Positions 60,946 to 64,000 of a stretch of 64,000 nucleotides of DNA are shown here, one piece after another. The position numbers were made by a program, and so were the translations under genes. How positions within the stretch are numbered: the stretch's first letter is position 1; every line of letters starts with the position of its first letter. The DNA comes from an uncultured Porphyromonadaceae bacterium (GTDB taxonomy: Bacteria; Bacteroidota; Bacteroidia; Bacteroidales; Muribaculaceae). The notes beneath the pieces were generated by a model that was not told the DNA's origin, searched no databases, and was given only the letters and a program-made list of their open reading frames with translations. The stretch is from positions 5,550 to 69,549 of the forward strand of contig URLF01000001.1 of assembly GCA_900548705.1 (NCBI GenBank), read 5' to 3'.

Positions 60946-61536
60946 ATGCTGACATACAATACTCGGCTCAAGCGACTCGCGATGCCGGAATATGGCCGGA
61001 ATCTCCAGCAGATGGTCGACCATTGCCTGACAATAGAAGACAGGGAGGAGCGTAACCTCTGCGCCCGCTCTATCATACGAGCAATGGAGCAGCTGTTTCC
61101 TGAACTGAAACTACCGGAAAACGCCCACAAAGTATGGGACCATCTGGCCATAATGTCTGACTTCAAGCTCGACATCGACTATCCGGAAGATGTTGTAAAA
61201 CCTGACGACCTGACCACAACCCCTGAAAAAGTACCCTATGACCAGGGAGTCATCCGTCAGCGCCATTACGGCAGAATCATCGAGCAGATGATTGCCAAGG
61301 CCGCGGCAATGGAGCCGGGAGAGGAACGTGACGATATCGTGATGCTGCTTGCCAACCATATGAAGAAGCAGATGCTGGCCCTCAATCCCGACGGGGTGGA
61401 TGACCGCAAGATTTTCGCGGATTTGGCCATGTACTCAAAAGGTGAACTGCGTCTTGATCCGGAGACCCACCGTCTGCATGAATTTCAGGAAATGCCCAAG
61501 CCTCAGACAGGGAAGAAAAAGAAAAAACGTAAATGA
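60946..61536 (+). CDS. conserved hypothetical protein (DUF4290-like), Lys-rich C-terminus
   Basis: 196 aa ending TGKKKKKRK. Syntenic position upstream of rimM, as in other Bacteroidales genomes. No catalytic motif recognised. Confidence 0.45.
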   Translation: MLTYNTRLKRLAMPEYGRNLQQMVDHCLTIEDREERNLCARSIIRAMEQLFPELKLPENAHKVWDHLAIMSDFKLDIDYPEDVVKPDDLTTTPEKVPYDQGVIRQRHYGRIIEQMIAKAAAMEPGEERDDIVMLLANHMKKQMLALNPDGVDDRKIFADLAMYSKGELRLDPETHRLHEFQEMPKPQTGKKKKKRK

Positions 61537-62069
61537 TTTCCGTCAACGACATACAACCGGTAGGGAAATTTCTCAAACCTCACGGGGTAAATGGAGAAAT
61601 CTCCATCTTGCGTGACAATGACATTGTAGATTTCAATGACTGTTCATGCATAATCGTCGATGTGGATGGCATCTTTGTGCCGTTCTTCCTCAATTCTGTC
61701 CGGCCCAAAGGGACTGACACCGACCTGGTGACCATTGACGGCATCACTGACGACCGTCAGGTGGCACGTTTCACAAACAAAACTGTCTATCTCCTACGCT
61801 CTGAGCTTACCGGTGAAGATGACGAGAATGAAGAAGATGGTTTTTATGCCGAGGACTTCGTGGGCTATGATGTCCTGATTGCCGGCAAAGGTAATGTCGG
61901 GAAAATAACCGGAATAGAGGACTCGACGGCCAACTATCTGTTTATAGTCGAAACCCCTGACGGGAAAAATTTGTTGATACCAGTAGCGGATGAATTCGTG
62001 ACAGATGTCAGCCCGGAACAGCATTCCATCGAAATGGATCTGCCCGAAGGACTGATAGAGATTCAGTAA
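61533..62069 (+). CDS. rimM: ribosome maturation factor RimM
   Basis: N-terminal beta-barrel (VGKFLKPHGVNGEISI). C-terminal PRC-barrel motifs (GKITGIEDSTANYLFIVETPDGKNLLIPVADEFVTDV...DLPEGLIEI). Confidence 0.8.
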   Translation: MISVNDIQPVGKFLKPHGVNGEISILRDNDIVDFNDCSCIIVDVDGIFVPFFLNSVRPKGTDTDLVTIDGITDDRQVARFTNKTVYLLRSELTGEDDENEEDGFYAEDFVGYDVLIAGKGNVGKITGIEDSTANYLFIVETPDGKNLLIPVADEFVTDVSPEQHSIEMDLPEGLIEIQ

Positions 62070-62126
62070 TGGCCATCCTGTCGTTTCCGCGCTGACCAGA
62101 TATTATAATTCAAAAAAACACCTGAT

Positions 62127-62426
62127 ATGGAATTTGATGAACTCAGAGCAGTAGCTTTCATAAATGACCGGCTTAAAGAAGCAGGCCGCCAGCCATATCC
62201 TGAAGACGAGGTCTTGAACGTCATCGATATGATATGGGATTTTTATGAGGAGAACGGTCTTCTCGATGTCGATGCTGATGACGATGACACCGACGACGAT
62301 ATCGAGCCGGATATGATTGATTACGTCACACGGATGTTGCGCAAAGACAAAGGCGCATCTATTGACGTGGCTGATGTGCCATTGATGGTACGCGCCGAAG
62401 TCGATTACGAAGACTCCGTGCTTTAA
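62127..62426 (+). CDS. small highly acidic hypothetical protein
   Basis: 99 aa with an Asp run (DVDADDDDTDDDIEPD). No recognisable motif. Confidence 0.35.
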   Translation: MEFDELRAVAFINDRLKEAGRQPYPEDEVLNVIDMIWDFYEENGLLDVDADDDDTDDDIEPDMIDYVTRMLRKDKGASIDVADVPLMVRAEVDYEDSVL

Positions 62427-62465
62427 AATCCTCATATCTCTCTATCCACATTTTTAAACAGTATC

Positions 62466-63104
62466 TTGATGAGGCCGATATACAAAAACATATTGGCGGC
62501 AGCAATTGTCGCGACAGGAAGCTGGCAGTTTGCCGCCGGTCAGGCAACCGCAGCCGCCACCCCTGCCCAGGAGGTTCCAGCCGAAGAGATGACCATCGAA
62601 CAGACTCTCACTGTCCCGGAGGTTCCCGCGAAGCTCAATCCATTTGTAAAAGGATATATGAAGCGGGAGGCACTTGCTCTTCACAAGGCCGGCTACAAGG
62701 TGGAAACAATGAGAAAGGGGGAGATTGTCATCGCGACCATCCCCACTGACAAGCTGTTCGAGCCCAATGACACGGTGTTGTCAAAATCCGCGTCTCAACT
62801 CCTGAGGCCATTTCTCCCTTATTTCAAAGTGCCCGGAAAATTCAAGGTAGTGTTGGCCATTCATACCGATGATTCCGGCTCGGATTCCTATCTGTCCTCT
62901 TTGTCTGAAAAAAGAATCGTGGCACTGTATGACTATTTCGACAACAACGCGTCATCCACCGACGCGCTGACCGGATATCCGATGGCTGCCAATGAACCAC
63001 TCAAAGAGAACAATTCTCGCGTAAACCGCGCGGAGAATCGCCGCCTTGAGATTTACATCGTTCCCGACACCGGCTTGATTGAGGAGATGAAAAAATCAAA
63101 GTGA
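62466..63104 (+). CDS. OmpA-family peptidoglycan-associated (lipo)protein
   Basis: Signal peptide. C-terminal OmpA-like domain (VVLAIHTDDSGSDSYLSSLSEKRIVALYDYF...NRAENRRLEIYIVP). Confidence 0.7.
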   Translation: MMRPIYKNILAAAIVATGSWQFAAGQATAAATPAQEVPAEEMTIEQTLTVPEVPAKLNPFVKGYMKREALALHKAGYKVETMRKGEIVIATIPTDKLFEPNDTVLSKSASQLLRPFLPYFKVPGKFKVVLAIHTDDSGSDSYLSSLSEKRIVALYDYFDNNASSTDALTGYPMAANEPLKENNSRVNRAENRRLEIYIVPDTGLIEEMKKSK

Positions 63105-63162
63105 GGCTTCCGAAGTCCGCAATCATTTGAAGATAAACCAATTTTTACTAACTTTGCGGTAA

Positions 63163-64000
<838 letters not shown>

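Noticed and set aside
58874-60955. 262-aa and 298-aa minus-strand ORFs
   Set aside because: Antisense to the DPP III gene, whose HEXXGH/EEXRAE motifs confirm the plus-strand frame.

Overview
Bacteroidales-type chromosomal segment of about 50% GC. Its two halves differ in character: housekeeping and stress genes dominate 1-30.7 kb and 51.5-64 kb, and a roughly 20 kb capsular/surface polysaccharide (CPS) locus fills 31.2-51.2 kb.

Left flank (1-30.7 kb), in order:
- prfA, pyrF, pgk, a ROK sugar kinase, an MFS transporter
- a 6TM ion channel and a SO_0444-type metal permease fused to an HMA domain
- an ECF sigma / anti-sigma / DUF4252-like / beta-barrel operon
- an AraC regulator with an N-terminal HMA domain, and a TPR lipoprotein
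- gyrA, clpC, htpG, an Omp85-family barrel
- a phosphoethanolamine transferase (EptA-like) broken by a 1-nt frameshift
- a BlaI / BlaR1(M56)-TonB pair divergent from ahpCF
- a T9SS-sorted protein

Right flank (51.5-64 kb): nrdDG, an OmpW-like barrel, dxr, rseP, rlmI, a secreted M49 dipeptidyl-peptidase III, DUF4290, rimM, an OmpA-family protein and partial proS.

The CPS locus (31.2-51.2 kb) starts with a UpxY-family NusG-like antiterminator. No UpxZ and no initiating glycosyltransferase lie inside it. It looks mosaic: it carries two Wzx flippases, two Wzy/O-antigen-ligase-family proteins, six glycosyltransferases, two WcaF-like acetyltransferases (one frameshifted) and a decayed remnant of an ATP-grasp gene.

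The most unusual content is a decoration module made of a HisC/CobD-like PLP enzyme, a CapA (PGA_cap) metallophosphoesterase-family protein, a sugar-transfer-associated ATP-grasp amidoligase and an OCD/mu-crystallin-family dehydrogenase. It is followed by a degenerate-LicD::cytidylyltransferase fusion and a canonical LicD. I interpret this as a candidate, so far uncharacterised, pathway that adds an amino-alcohol or amino-acid (possibly opine-like) amide and/or a phospho-alcohol to the polysaccharide.

No tRNA/rRNA genes, CRISPR arrays, transposases or obvious prophage genes were seen. Several strong stem-loops are placed as intrinsic terminators. A perfect 17-bp inverted repeat sits in the blaI-ahpC divergent promoter region.
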